NCBI GenBank assembly: GCA_965219455.1
Contig: OZ244744.1
Coordinates: 2,816,001-2,880,000 of the forward strand
DNA: 64,000 bases
Direction of reading: 5' to 3'
Origin: Candidatus Latescibacterota bacterium
GTDB taxonomy: Bacteria; Latescibacterota; UBA2968; GCA-2709665
Made by a program: the position numbers and the translations under genes. Numbering within the stretch: position 1 is the first letter of the stretch; each line of letters begins with the position of its first letter. Shown in pieces: positions 11,851 through 22,081 of the stretch. Under the pieces are notes generated by a model. That model made no database searches and had not been told where the DNA came from. It saw only the letters and a list, made by a program, of their open reading frames with translations.

Positions 11851-13001
11851 TGATCGAAGCCTATCTCGTCGGTTCGATCAACCAATCTATGCAGCGAATA
11901 CGGTATTTGCGCCAGATCGTACATGGAACGTATCGACGCGAATACGACGGTTTACGTCAAATTTGTCTGACGCATCTAGACGCCGCACAGGAATTGCTCC
12001 AATGCCTAACCGAGGAGACTGTCGTCGCTAAAGAACTACAGACACCTCGACGTGTGAGGGAATTCACACGAATCGTGGAACAGCTAGAAACGGCTGAGAA
12101 CGTTGGTGTATTCGCCCTAAGCAGAGTAAGCCAAGACGATGACTTCCTGAACCGCTTGATTACGGATGTTTGTCGCGAGATCAATTACCCGCTGATTCCT
12201 CCAGTCGTCAGTCACATATCTCAGGACTATTTCCATATATACCTCAACTTCAATCTACTATGTCTGCCGTTGGTGGAAAGTAGGTTTTTTCTACACCTCC
12301 CCGACATATATCACGAACTCTGTCATCTATTCCATCGGGAGCAGAATGCCGATTTGCCGCTTCTCAAGGCGTATCATGTTGCTTTCGAACGGAGCCTTTT
12401 CGAGGCCGTAAGGCACTACCGCGATAGTATCGTCGCTGCCGAACGCGTAAGTGAGCCAACAGGTAAGCTCTACCAACTCCAACTATGGCAAACATGTTGG
12501 GTCAAATACTGGATGCAGGAATTTTACTGTGACCTGTTCGGGGTACTTGAGGCGGGGCCGGCCTTTGTCTGGTCACACTATCACCTCTGTATAAAACGCG
12601 GTGGTGATCCCTTCGAGACTCCTCTGAAGTTTGTATCAACGCACCCGGCAGACGATGCACGTATGCGTGCGATGCAGTTGATGCTGACGGCGAACGGCTT
12701 CGACGGGGAAGTGAAGCGAATCGATGCAGCCTGGCGGGATTTTGTTGTTATAATGGGCTACAAAGTAGAGCCCGAATACCGTCAGTGTTACCCCGAAGAG
12801 TTGCTATCGAGAATCGTCTCCGCGACAAAAGAGGGAGTCGAAGGGACCGGTGTGGTGACAGCAAAGCCGGACACATTGGCGCCAATCGTCGATCTGCTGA
12901 ACTCGGCGTGGCAGGAATTCTGGCGCGCACCAGAAGACTATCAGGCGTGGGAAGCGAAAAGGTACGACGAATTGAGGCGCTCTTTGCGTGCCGACTGGTA
13001 A
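11847..13001 (+). CDS. Putative zinc metallopeptidase (gluzincin, M48/ImmA-like motifs)
   Basis: HELCH (HExxH), EFYCDLFG (ExxxD), STHP...R. Confidence 0.7.
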   Translation: MMIEAYLVGSINQSMQRIRYLRQIVHGTYRREYDGLRQICLTHLDAAQELLQCLTEETVVAKELQTPRRVREFTRIVEQLETAENVGVFALSRVSQDDDFLNRLITDVCREINYPLIPPVVSHISQDYFHIYLNFNLLCLPLVESRFFLHLPDIYHELCHLFHREQNADLPLLKAYHVAFERSLFEAVRHYRDSIVAAERVSEPTGKLYQLQLWQTCWVKYWMQEFYCDLFGVLEAGPAFVWSHYHLCIKRGGDPFETPLKFVSTHPADDARMRAMQLMLTANGFDGEVKRIDAAWRDFVVIMGYKVEPEYRQCYPEELLSRIVSATKEGVEGTGVVTAKPDTLAPIVDLLNSAWQEFWRAPEDYQAWEAKRYDELRRSLRADW

Positions 13002-13625
13002 ATGTGGGGCAGTTCCAACGTGCGCTGCATTAACAAAGTGCTTGACGTGAATCCTGAGGCATCCTCCACCGTCTTTCTGGTCGGCGATTTCCAGGGCGGG
13101 TCTTATGTATTGCGGATTCGACTCAAGGAGAACGCCGCGCTTTCTTTTGGCGGATTCAAGCGTGGGAAGATCATATCGCTTTTGGCGGGTGAGTACCTCT
13201 ACGCAGGTTCCGCCATGTCGAAGAAGGGCGCCGCGTCACTGGCCAACCGGCTGACTCGCCACGCCACCCGGAGCGGCCGGAAGCGACCTCACAACATCCG
13301 GGACGAAATGCTGCGGCGATTCAATGCCATCGGTCTCGGAAACGGAAATCTCACTCGAAAAAGACTCAAGAACCTGCACTGGAACGTCGACCACCTGCTC
13401 GACCTGCCGGCTGCCGAACTGACCGGCGCCTGCATCATTCGAACCCGGGAGCGCCTGGAAGCACGCCTCGGTCGGTTTCTGGAGCGTGATCCCCATACCA
13501 TCGTCATTGAAAAAGGTCTGGGCGCAAACGACGTTCCGGGTAACACGCACATCCTCCGTCTCTCGGGCGGAGACGCCTGGTGGACGTCCCTTCCTCAGCG
13601 GCTCAGCGTCTATTTTGGTCTCTAA
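13002..13625 (+). CDS. GIY-YIG (DUF123/Uri-like) nuclease
   Basis: GSYVL...YLYAGSA...RLTRH...LHWNVDHLL motifs. Confidence 0.75.
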   Translation: MWGSSNVRCINKVLDVNPEASSTVFLVGDFQGGSYVLRIRLKENAALSFGGFKRGKIISLLAGEYLYAGSAMSKKGAASLANRLTRHATRSGRKRPHNIRDEMLRRFNAIGLGNGNLTRKRLKNLHWNVDHLLDLPAAELTGACIIRTRERLEARLGRFLERDPHTIVIEKGLGANDVPGNTHILRLSGGDAWWTSLPQRLSVYFGL

Positions 13626-13669
13626 AGTGCTTGTATTTAGACTGGTACCACTTCCCCTCTCTTCCTTTC

Positions 13670-13862
13670 TTTTTTCTTCGTCCTTTTTCTTGTACGCCCA
13701 AGAAAAAGGACCAAAAAGAACGGCGCCGTTCGGCACGGGGCCGGTTTTTCCGCGAATGACCTCAAGGGCATCACCTGGTCCGGTGCCCTGCATACGTATG
13801 CGTCTACACAGGGCAACGGTGTTGGACGGAATAACGCGGAAAAACCCCCCACTCCACCACCG
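13670..13862 (+). repeat. Structured dispersed repeat A, copy 1
   Basis: TCCTTTTTCTTG-N6-CAAGAAAAAGGACCAAAAAGAA...GGTTTTTCCGCG...CGCGGAAAAACC; recurs at least 6 times. Confidence 0.85.
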
Positions 13863-14215
13863 TTCGCAGGAGGGATAAAGCTCAGGTGCGGGCGAACCCC
13901 TCTACAACAAAAGCTGCTGGTTTTTCCGTACACAGATGATTATTGACGTTAAAGCGCGGAGAACCAACCTCCACTCGCACAGCGGGTGGCCTGTTGACCC
14001 GGCGGTTTATCGGGGCAACAGGGGACGCCTGGTTCTGGCGTTCGAGGTTGCTGGTGAGCGGCGCGATTTTTGCCGCGAACAAACCCCCCACGCCACCACC
14101 GGGCGCGTGACGGATAAATTTCGTGAGTGAAACCGAGAAATGCACCTCTCGAAAACTGTGCAGATGAACGGTACATACGATAGCCCGCAAACCCTTCCGT
14201 GCCGTCTTTGAATTT

Positions 14216-14284
14216 GTAGGGGCAACCCTTGTGGTTGCCCTCTATATGGCGCGGGCAGGCGGGCGACCCGTGGGTCGCCCCTAC
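14216..14284. repeat. Inverted pair of GTAG-family REP palindromes (BIME-like)
   Basis: GTAGGGGCAACCCTTGTGGTTGCCC ... GGGCGACCCGTGGGTCGCCCCTAC. Confidence 0.8.
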
Positions 14285-15312
14285 AGGAACCGGGCATCCT
14301 GACTGGATTCCTCGAACCGTTGGAGCACCTGTTCGGGTGAGGCGGTGCCCGTTGTCCCGATCTGCTGGATGGTTATGGACGACACGAGTACTCCTACCCG
14401 TGCGGCATCGACGTACGAGGCGCCCGCACAAAGCGCCGAGACAATCCCCGCGGAAACGCTATCCCCCGCGCCCACAATATCGATGGGATCGGGCACTGTA
14501 ATGCCCGGAACGCGATGTATCGTTCCCCCATCGACGCAGAGGATGCCCTCCGGTCCAAGTGTAATATAGACGGGTCGTCCGGTGCGCTCGGCAAAGGACC
14601 GAGTGGCGGCGTTCAGACGCTCCGCCTCTTCCGTTCCGGAATTGCCGGCCGCCGCCTTGAGCGCCTCTTTTTGGTTCACCTTGACGATCACGTTCCGGAA
14701 CGCTGCGATGCGTGAACGGGAATCCGCCAGAAACACGATATCGGGATACTCACGAGCGAGGCACGCGATTCCCGCACGAACGCGATCCGTAATCACGCCG
14801 CAATTGGGTTCCTGGACCTGGTCGAGCACAATCACACCGTGAACCTCGCCAAGCAGATTCTCCAGGGCGGTGAGGATGCGGTCTTCAACGTGCCGCGGGA
14901 GGGGTAAGCGATTCTTGATATCCAATCGCTCCATCTCCTGCCCGGTCGTGCTGAGAATCGGTTTGGTATAGGTTGGCGTAACGCGGCCCGAAATTTCCAT
15001 CAGGTGCCGGGTATCCACACCCGTCGCATGCAGGCCCGCCTTCAGATCGTACCCATGTCCATCGTCGCCAATCACTCCGAGTGCCCGGATTCTCCCGACG
15101 CCCAGGGCATTGAGGTTGCCGGTCACGGTTCCCGCCGCGCCCGGCCGGTTCCGGACCTGTGCGACCTGCCGGGCCTCCAGCCCGGTCTCGAGTGAGATTT
15201 CAGCCAGATCCGGGTCGATAATGAGGTATCGATCCAGGAAATAATCCCCGACGACGAGAATGGAGAGGTCCGGAAAATTATCCAGCAGCTTTTGCAGATC
15301 GGAAGAAGTCAT
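14281..15312 (-). CDS. PfkB-family carbohydrate kinase (RfaE/HldE kinase-like)
   Basis: LVVGDYFLD, PGAAGTV, DIVGAGDS PfkB signature. Confidence 0.9.
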   Translation of the reverse strand: MTSSDLQKLLDNFPDLSILVVGDYFLDRYLIIDPDLAEISLETGLEARQVAQVRNRPGAAGTVTGNLNALGVGRIRALGVIGDDGHGYDLKAGLHATGVDTRHLMEISGRVTPTYTKPILSTTGQEMERLDIKNRLPLPRHVEDRILTALENLLGEVHGVIVLDQVQEPNCGVITDRVRAGIACLAREYPDIVFLADSRSRIAAFRNVIVKVNQKEALKAAAGNSGTEEAERLNAATRSFAERTGRPVYITLGPEGILCVDGGTIHRVPGITVPDPIDIVGAGDSVSAGIVSALCAGASYVDAARVGVLVSSITIQQIGTTGTASPEQVLQRFEESSQDARFL

Positions 15313-15387
15313 AACGAAAAAATCGGGCCGCAACGGGAGCGTTCTGTGCTCGTCAGCGGCCCGGCAATCTATTTCCGGGACAGAATA

Positions 15388-16233
15388 CTAAGCATCGAGG
15401 AGATAGTCCACGAGTAAACCCTGACACCGGAAGTCCGGTATGATCAGATCCGCCCCCGCCTGAATCAGGCGTTCGCGTTTCCATGCATTCACGCCCCGGC
15501 GGCGAGCCTCATCGGACGCGACGCCCACGGCCGTTCCGCCCGCCGACTTGACGTTTTCAATCTCCACGTATCCATCGCCAAAGCCCAGCAACGCCTCGCC
15601 CGCGATCCCCTGTGAGACAATCAGATCCCGGATCACCCGCTCCTTGGAAAAATCCTGATATTGATCCAGTGCGCCGTAGACGCGATCTTCAAAGAAGGGC
15701 GTCAGCCCCAGCAGGGCGGCCTCCTTTTTAACGTACACCTCGTCGGTGCCACTTGCCAGATACAGCGTAAGTCCCCGGCATTGCAGGTTGCGAAGAAGAT
15801 CCAGCGACTTCGGCACCATCAGATCTTCCGCGGCAACAGCGTTGGAGCGGAGGCCGTGTATGCGACCCCTTATATGACCGTTGAGCCGTTCGTGATAACG
15901 GTGTTTGCAGGCGACCGGATCCGGAGGCGCGCCGCCGCGTTTTAGTACTTCCTCGGAAAGCCGGATCATCTGGTAAATGGTCTGCTTTCCCGTAAGCCGG
16001 TCGACAAAATCGGCCACAATATGTGTAAGTTGGGCCTCGGTCTCGCCGGTGTTGCATTCGCCAAGCGTTTCGACCATCATCGGGACCATGATTTCTCGCC
16101 AACCCTGGCGAATCAGCGAGAGCGTTCCGTCGAAATCGAAGAGTACCGTGCGAAAGCGGCCCCGGACTATTCCGTGGTTCACCCGTTCAATTTCAGCCAC
16201 TCGCAAGGAATCGGATCTATCCGGTAAGACCAC
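15388..16233 (-). CDS. HAD-superfamily hydrolase
   Basis: FDFDGTL motif I, ASGT, FGDGYVE. Confidence 0.85.
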   Translation of the reverse strand: MVLPDRSDSLRVAEIERVNHGIVRGRFRTVLFDFDGTLSLIRQGWREIMVPMMVETLGECNTGETEAQLTHIVADFVDRLTGKQTIYQMIRLSEEVLKRGGAPPDPVACKHRYHERLNGHIRGRIHGLRSNAVAAEDLMVPKSLDLLRNLQCRGLTLYLASGTDEVYVKKEAALLGLTPFFEDRVYGALDQYQDFSKERVIRDLIVSQGIAGEALLGFGDGYVEIENVKSAGGTAVGVASDEARRRGVNAWKRERLIQAGADLIIPDFRCQGLLVDYLLDA

Positions 16234-16457
16234 TGATTGACCTCATTGTCTGGAAAAATCGTGGATTTGTCGGGCGGAGTTGCACCAGACGGGCAATCTA
16301 AATGCGCATCGAGAATTGTCAAGCCATTTTACCCTTTGGAGACCCTGTCATTGAGTTCAAATCTGCTTGTCAAATTTCAATTCTACATTATCTTAATATC
16401 GTGCCTATTCAGACTTCGATAGAGAAGGCGGCTGATGGGGCGTTTCAGGGGCAGGCT

Positions 16458-17126
16458 ATGGAACGGCGGGTTGTGCAGCATTCAACCACCCGTAAAGGTG
16501 TCTTACAGCTTGCGTCCGTTAAGGCCGGCACGGCCACCCATTTCGAACTTATCTTCAACGGCGTTTTCCTGATGGCCACCTACAATGCCTCGTCCGATCG
16601 GGCATTGATGGACACCGTCCTGGAAACATCGAAGTCCCACAGGCACATCAACGTTCTTATCGGCGGTCTGGGATTGGGGATCTCCCTTCGGCAGGCGCTC
16701 GCTTATTCGAATGTGCGTTCCGTGTGTGTCGTGGAACTGGATTCGCGAATTGTAAACTGGAATCGCAAATACCTGAGCAATGCCGATATTCTGGACGATG
16801 CGCGCACGGAAGTGGTGGTCGGCGATTTTTGCGATTACCTTCAGGGCAATCCCCGAAGCTACCACGGCATCGCACTGGATATCGACAACGGTCCCGACCG
16901 GGTCGTGCGTTCGGAAAGCCGGCGTGCGTATAGTGTTTCCACACTGCAGGCGCTCCGAACGAGGCTGCGCCCGGGAGGAACGCTGGCGATCTGGAGCCAG
17001 GCTGCCAGCAATTCGTACGAACGTGCGCTGGAGAGCGTTTTCGGCGGGGTGACTCGACAACAAACGTGTGACCATAGCCTGACCGGAACACCGCTTGAGA
17101 GTATGATCTACGCGGTTCGGGCCTGA
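16458..17126 (+). CDS. Spermidine-synthase-like SAM-dependent protein
   Basis: VLIGGLGLG, VVELD, LDIDNGP, LRPGGTLAIWS. Confidence 0.8.
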   Translation: MERRVVQHSTTRKGVLQLASVKAGTATHFELIFNGVFLMATYNASSDRALMDTVLETSKSHRHINVLIGGLGLGISLRQALAYSNVRSVCVVELDSRIVNWNRKYLSNADILDDARTEVVVGDFCDYLQGNPRSYHGIALDIDNGPDRVVRSESRRAYSVSTLQALRTRLRPGGTLAIWSQAASNSYERALESVFGGVTRQQTCDHSLTGTPLESMIYAVRA

Positions 17127-17162
17127 CCGGCAGGCAAAGACGATCTGAAAGGAATTGTGTGA

Positions 17163-18467
17163 ATGAACAACGACTCCCTATCTATAACGGATAATCGGAC
17201 CGGCAAGACTTACCATGTTCCCATTCTTTACGGCACGTACCACGAATACGGCGCCGCGATCAGAACCGCGGATCTGAAACAGATCAAGGTATCGGAGGAT
17301 GATTTCGGGTTGCTCGGATACGATCCGTCCTACCTGAATACGGGCTCGTGTCAGAGCGCAGTGACATTTATCGACGGAGATAAGGGCATTCTCCGTTATC
17401 GCGGGTATCCGATCGAGCAACTTGCCGAGCAAAGCACCCACCTGGAAACGGCATATCTGCTGTTGTTTGGAGAACTTCCCGGCCGGATGCAACTGGATGC
17501 GTGGAACGAGTCGATTATGGCGAACGTGACAACCGACCCCAGGCTGACCGAACTGGTGAACGGGTATCGGGCAGGCTCTCACGCAATGGGTATGCTGGTG
17601 GGGGTGCTGGGATCATTGTCGACGTTTTTCGAAAATTCAAGGGACGTCAGTTCCGACGACGCACGGGAACAGCATATTCGGCGATTGATCGGCTGGGCTT
17701 CCGTGGTTGCGGCAATGGTGTACCGCCGGAGCCAGGAGCTTGACTTTGTGGATCCGGATCCCTCGGCGGGGTATTGCGGCAACTTTCTGAGAATGATGTT
17801 CGGAGGATCTGACGACAATACTCCGGATCCGGCGTTGGAACGCGCGCTGGAGGTCCTTCTGATATTGCACGCCGACCACGAACAGAACTGCAGCGCCAGC
17901 ACCATGCGCGGCATCGGCAGCGGAGGCGCAGACGCGTACTCCTCCGCGGCCGGCGCCGCCGCCGCACTCTATGGGCCGGCGCATGGCGGCGCGAATGAAG
18001 CCGTGCTGAAGATGCTGAACGAGATCGGGTCGGTGGATAATATCCCGTCCTACATCAAACGCGTCCATAACCGGGAGGTGCGTCTGCAGGGCTTTGGGCA
18101 CCGGGTATATAAGAACTACGATCCCAGAGCCGCGATCATCAAGGAGACCGCCAACGCGGTATTCGAGGTGACCGGCAGGAATCCGCTCATCGACATTGCT
18201 CTGGAATTGGAACGCATTGCGCTGGAAGACGATTATTTCGTCTCTCACAAGCTGTATCCGAACGTGGATTTCTATTCAGGCATCATCTACCAGGCAATGG
18301 GCCTGCCAACGGACATGATGACCGTTATGTTCGCGCTGGGCCGGATGCCCGGGTGGCTGGCGCAGTGGAAGGAGTTGCTGAACGACCGGGAACAGCGTAT
18401 CGCGCGTCCGCGTCAGGTCTATATCGGTGAAGACCACCGCGACTATGCGTCGATTGGGGAGAGGTAG
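17163..18467 (+). CDS. gltA: Citrate synthase
   Basis: DGDKGILRYRGY, HADHEQNCS, HGGANE, GFGHRVYKNYDPR, PNVDFYSG. Confidence 0.97.
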   Translation: MNNDSLSITDNRTGKTYHVPILYGTYHEYGAAIRTADLKQIKVSEDDFGLLGYDPSYLNTGSCQSAVTFIDGDKGILRYRGYPIEQLAEQSTHLETAYLLLFGELPGRMQLDAWNESIMANVTTDPRLTELVNGYRAGSHAMGMLVGVLGSLSTFFENSRDVSSDDAREQHIRRLIGWASVVAAMVYRRSQELDFVDPDPSAGYCGNFLRMMFGGSDDNTPDPALERALEVLLILHADHEQNCSASTMRGIGSGGADAYSSAAGAAAALYGPAHGGANEAVLKMLNEIGSVDNIPSYIKRVHNREVRLQGFGHRVYKNYDPRAAIIKETANAVFEVTGRNPLIDIALELERIALEDDYFVSHKLYPNVDFYSGIIYQAMGLPTDMMTVMFALGRMPGWLAQWKELLNDREQRIARPRQVYIGEDHRDYASIGER

Positions 18468-18508
18468 GCGACGGAAGGGACGCCACGCGGTACGTGGCGG
18501 ACAGAAAA

Positions 18509-18537
18509 GGGCGCAAGAGCCGATGGCTCTTGCGCCC
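18509..18537. terminator. GC-rich hairpin between convergent genes
   Basis: GGGCGCAAGAGCC-GAT-GGCTCTTGCGCCC preceded by AAAA. Confidence 0.55.
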
Positions 18538-18604
18538 GGACTATTTAGGCGTACAGCGGCGACTATTGGTTCCTTTAAGCGGCACCCCGGAACCCCTCAT
18601 ATTG

Positions 18605-18895
18605 CTACTTCAATGGATGCGTATCCATGTACTCGCGCACGGCATTCTTGTAGACTGTTTGTAACCCTCCACCGTGTTTCCTGCAGTATTCGAACGTTTC
18701 CCGGTCAATCGGAATCTGCGCCAGCATTTCGGTCTTCTTCCAATCTTCGCCGCTCATGAAAGGTGGCGCGTCCGGGTCGGAACGCGCAGCCGCGTTCAAT
18801 TCCGTTTCGGTCAACACATTGACCCGATTCCAGTCTGTCCGTGAATCTTCCGCCAGGTCATCGCGGGAATATCTCACGATATCTTCTTCGTTCAT
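18605..18895 (-). CDS. brnA: BrnA-family antitoxin
   Basis: TDWNRV...SDPDAPP...IDRETFEY...GGLQT; overlaps brnT. Confidence 0.75.
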   Translation of the reverse strand: MNEEDIVRYSRDDLAEDSRTDWNRVNVLTETELNAAARSDPDAPPFMSGEDWKKTEMLAQIPIDRETFEYCRKHGGGLQTVYKNAVREYMDTHPLK

Positions 18896-19133
18896 TTTGA
18901 TTGGCTCTCCTTGCGGAAATGATCCGGTGGCGACTGTTGCGAATGGCGTATACAACGTAGAGTTCAGTTTCTTCAACTTTGCCAATAGATACGTACCGAA
19001 TTTCTCCGTAATCTTTCCGGTTATCGATAAACGTGAATACGGATCCATCAAAAACGCGCGCGGCGGACAAAAAGCCTACTCCGTGTTTCCGGATATTCAG
19101 TTCATTCTTGCGTTCGTTCCATTCGAATTCCAT
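18858..19133 (-). CDS. brnT: BrnT-family ribonuclease toxin
   Basis: MEFEWNERKNELNIRKHGV...DYGEIRYVSIG...RIISARRAN. Confidence 0.92.
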   Translation of the reverse strand: MEFEWNERKNELNIRKHGVGFLSAARVFDGSVFTFIDNRKDYGEIRYVSIGKVEETELYVVYAIRNSRHRIISARRANQNERRRYREIFPR

Positions 19134-19188
19134 AGTCTGTTTGCAGTCAAAGATATGGGATTGGCCTTGCGTCGTCAAGGTTTGGGGA

Positions 19189-19956
19189 TCAGTCGCCGTA
19201 GAGTTTCAGTGGCGAGAGCGTGATGAGGGAGGGTTCGTCGCGAAGGACGCGCGAGACATACTCGATTGTGGGAACGACACGGAAGGCCTGCCAGCGTGAC
19301 GGCCCGACCGAGGTCTGGCTGACGAGGCCGGCGGACTTGACGCGATCGCCCATAACGCTGAAGTTGAATCCGGGCCACATGCGCGACTCGCTCGTATTGT
19401 CGAAATTGCGCTCAACCCATAGAGCCTGGTTATAGTGGAAGATGGAGCAGACGTTGAAGCCGACGCCCATGAGGACGTAGAGGGTGTTGCGAGCGACCAG
19501 CCAGTCCCACGGAGAGCCATGGCCGAACGCTTTCTCGTCCCACGGACTGTGGCGGGAACCCGCCCGTTTGTGCCCGCCCATGGCGGCCTCGGCTTCGGCG
19601 CCGATGGCGGCCATGGAGTCACAGCAGTGGTCGCTGCGCACGGCGTCCGGGCGCCGGCGGAAGACCTCGGTGACGTGGCCCACGTCCGAGGGCGATGTTC
19701 GGATGTTCCAGGCTTCGCGGCGGGTCCTGTAGGTGGCGGATTCGCCGTTGACTTTTTGCACGAAAGTGGGCACAACCACGGTACCTGTCGCGCCAACGGC
19801 TTCGACGGCGCCGTCAATGACGGTATCGGCGCCTCCGTGCACGTAACCAAAGCTCTTCAGGGAACTGTGAAAGAGGAGTGCATCGCCTTTTCGAAGGCCG
19901 AGGGCGGCGAAGCCCTGAAGGAGGTCGTCTTTCTGGATAGGATTCCGGACTGCCAT
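19189..19956 (-). CDS. AAC(3)-family N-acetyltransferase
   Basis: LGLRKGDALLFHSSLKSFG, GTVVVPTF, RSDH, FGHGSPW. Confidence 0.85.
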   Translation of the reverse strand: MAVRNPIQKDDLLQGFAALGLRKGDALLFHSSLKSFGYVHGGADTVIDGAVEAVGATGTVVVPTFVQKVNGESATYRTRREAWNIRTSPSDVGHVTEVFRRRPDAVRSDHCCDSMAAIGAEAEAAMGGHKRAGSRHSPWDEKAFGHGSPWDWLVARNTLYVLMGVGFNVCSIFHYNQALWVERNFDNTSESRMWPGFNFSVMGDRVKSAGLVSQTSVGPSRWQAFRVVPTIEYVSRVLRDEPSLITLSPLKLYGD

Positions 19957-20154
19957 TTGGATACGTAGGATCCGATCGGAGATTTCGACCTCCAGAATCC
20001 TGGAGGCAAAAAAACCGGCGATTTAGAGTCAAACCGCCGATACGTAGAGATTCTTTCTCGCCTTCACGAGTTGCAGAAAACAGAAACTTCCCATCAGATC
20101 TGTCTCCAACTGGAATTTCCTGCCACAGCATATCAACCCGTATGAGATTACGAA

Positions 20155-20370
20155 TCAGAGCTTGGACTGATTACGCACTTTCTTAATCTCGTTGAGGATT
20201 TCGTCCAATGTCATATCTTCGAAAATTTGCTCCCGCTCCTGGGTATAATCTCCGTAACCCATCGTAAATTGGTTGATGAATCGTATCGTATTCGCAATAC
20301 CAATCTCTTTGGAAAGCACTTCAAGGGCCTCTTTGGTTATTTCGCTCAAGGCCTTTTCCTGAACGGTCAT
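20155..20370 (-). CDS. Small partner protein of the PIN gene (putative antitoxin)
   Basis: EALEVLSKEIGIANTIRFINQFTMGYGDYTQER; coupled to the PIN gene. Confidence 0.65.
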   Translation of the reverse strand: MTVQEKALSEITKEALEVLSKEIGIANTIRFINQFTMGYGDYTQEREQIFEDMTLDEILNEIKKVRNQSKL

Positions 20371-21009
20371 CTATCAATCTCCGATATGAGTTCGGCGGGC
20401 GAAACGACCCGCACTCGAAGGTTTTCCAATGCCTCCGCTCGCCTCAGAATGCTATCATCACAAGTACAGAAATAATCTGTTTCTGCTTCTTCTGCACAAG
20501 CCAAATGCAATGCATCCAATGGCTTGAAACCTGATTCAACCAGGTCGCGTGATCTGGCCTCAATTCGGTCACTTACTTCAACAGAAATTGCAGCCTTTGA
20601 CATTACTCTGAACGCAAACAACCTGCGAAGTATATTTGAGTCCACTCCGAAAAGTCAAAATCGACTCTGACAAGGTCTAAAATGTCGTTTTATTCAAAAG
20701 CAAATCGAAATTATAATTGATATAACAATATTATATATAATGATTTATGTGGATATGGATTATATTGAATAATGGCCCTTCCTGATCCAAATTGGAGGAA
20801 AATTACGAGAATCTCACTTTTCGGAGTGGACTCATATTTGGATTTCGAAAAGCCTCGTAAAGGAGCGTTTCAGATCCTACCAGTTCAAATTGGCCCGATT
20901 CACAAAGGTTGATTAAGCGCAATACAGCCTTCGATTCAATGGCAATCCGAAGCTGTGTCTTGCTGTCCAGGGGGCGTTGCAAACTACAATTATCAAGATA
21001 TATCTTCAT
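20367..21009 (-). pseudogene. PIN-domain (VapC-like) nuclease gene interrupted by a MITE
   Basis: MKIYLDNC...RPLD and KPLDALHLACA...TCDD; removing the insert and one target duplication restores RNPNILRR in frame. Confidence 0.9.
20638..20833. mobile_element. 196-bp MITE
   Basis: 18-bp perfect terminal inverted repeats GAGTCCACTCCGAAAAGT; 6-bp target duplication ATATTT (20632-20637, 20834-20839); AT-rich non-coding interior. Confidence 0.92.
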
Positions 21010-21123
21010 TGTTTACAATATCATATCGGATGCACCGGCCCTCTCTTCCAAAAATACCGCTAACAAGGCCATTAATCAAGGCAAAACATCCAATAAAGCA
21101 GGAGCGATGATTATTTGATGATC

Positions 21124-21912
21124 TTAGAACGGGGCTTGAATCTTCAGAAGTGTCAGGTAAACGTTTCCCAGCTCCCCGGACAGGCGTTCCCAGTCGTTCA
21201 GTTCTTCGAAATCCTCTCCATAAATCGCCACGATCTCAAACTGACCAGATCGGTGGATTAACTCCTGTAGATCGGAAAACAGCCATAGCCTCAGGGTATG
21301 AAGAAAATCAAACTGCTCTATCTTGCCATCCTGTTCGATTTCAAACGAGCCAATTTGGTGACTCAACTTTGATTCTTTGTCTTCGCTAAGGATTCGCCAC
21401 GAGATTTTCACGTTGATGCCGTCACGGTCCATCGTCCAGTGATCCCCATCGGGGAGTTCGCCCTCGTGTGCGAAATTCAGATGGACAAGATAAATCCCGC
21501 CCTCACGGAGCGATGAACCCGTAGCCTTCAGATGGGAAACGACGTTATCGTCGGAATGAAGGTAACCAATGCTGTTTATCGAATTGAACGCAGCATCGAA
21601 CTCACCGGGGATTTCAGCGGAGACCATGTCGGCCAGCACAATCCGAACACTGCCCTCGCAACCGGCAGCCGCAACAGAGTCCGTGGCGTATTGGACCATG
21701 GCGGGGCTGACGTCGTAGCCTGTGACGTGGTACCCATAGGAAGGCAGGGTTCTCAGAAAGCGCCCGGAGCCGCACGCTGGCTCCAGGATGTGCCGTACCG
21801 GGAAAGGCACGTGCGTTTCGAAAGCTCTCTTAAAGAAGTCAATCTCCCCAGAGAGATCCCAGGAGACCGCGATATCATAGAGCTGAGGGAGGTTGTAGAG
21901 CTTTGAGATCAC
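21124..21912 (-). CDS. Class I SAM-dependent methyltransferase
   Basis: ILEPACGSGR, GYDVSPAM, FDAAF; GTG start after GGAG. Confidence 0.85.
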   Translation of the reverse strand: MISKLYNLPQLYDIAVSWDLSGEIDFFKRAFETHVPFPVRHILEPACGSGRFLRTLPSYGYHVTGYDVSPAMVQYATDSVAAAGCEGSVRIVLADMVSAEIPGEFDAAFNSINSIGYLHSDDNVVSHLKATGSSLREGGIYLVHLNFAHEGELPDGDHWTMDRDGINVKISWRILSEDKESKLSHQIGSFEIEQDGKIEQFDFLHTLRLWLFSDLQELIHRSGQFEIVAIYGEDFEELNDWERLSGELGNVYLTLLKIQAPF

Positions 21913-22081
21913 TGTTGTTCTCCGTACGTCAACACTTGTCAGCCGCTTTCCCTTAATGTTTTCGGCACCCATCAACCCGCGCAGCGGGTTGCCGAAGGCC
22001 AGGGCTACGTGACATCGATCAGCTTCGCGGCGCGGAAAAACAACGGTCCCCGCCGGCCCCCGCACAGTCGGCCATTGTTCC

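Noticed and set aside
19189-19956. Acquired aminoglycoside resistance gene
   Set aside because: The AAC(3) family includes many non-resistance members, and there is no mobile context
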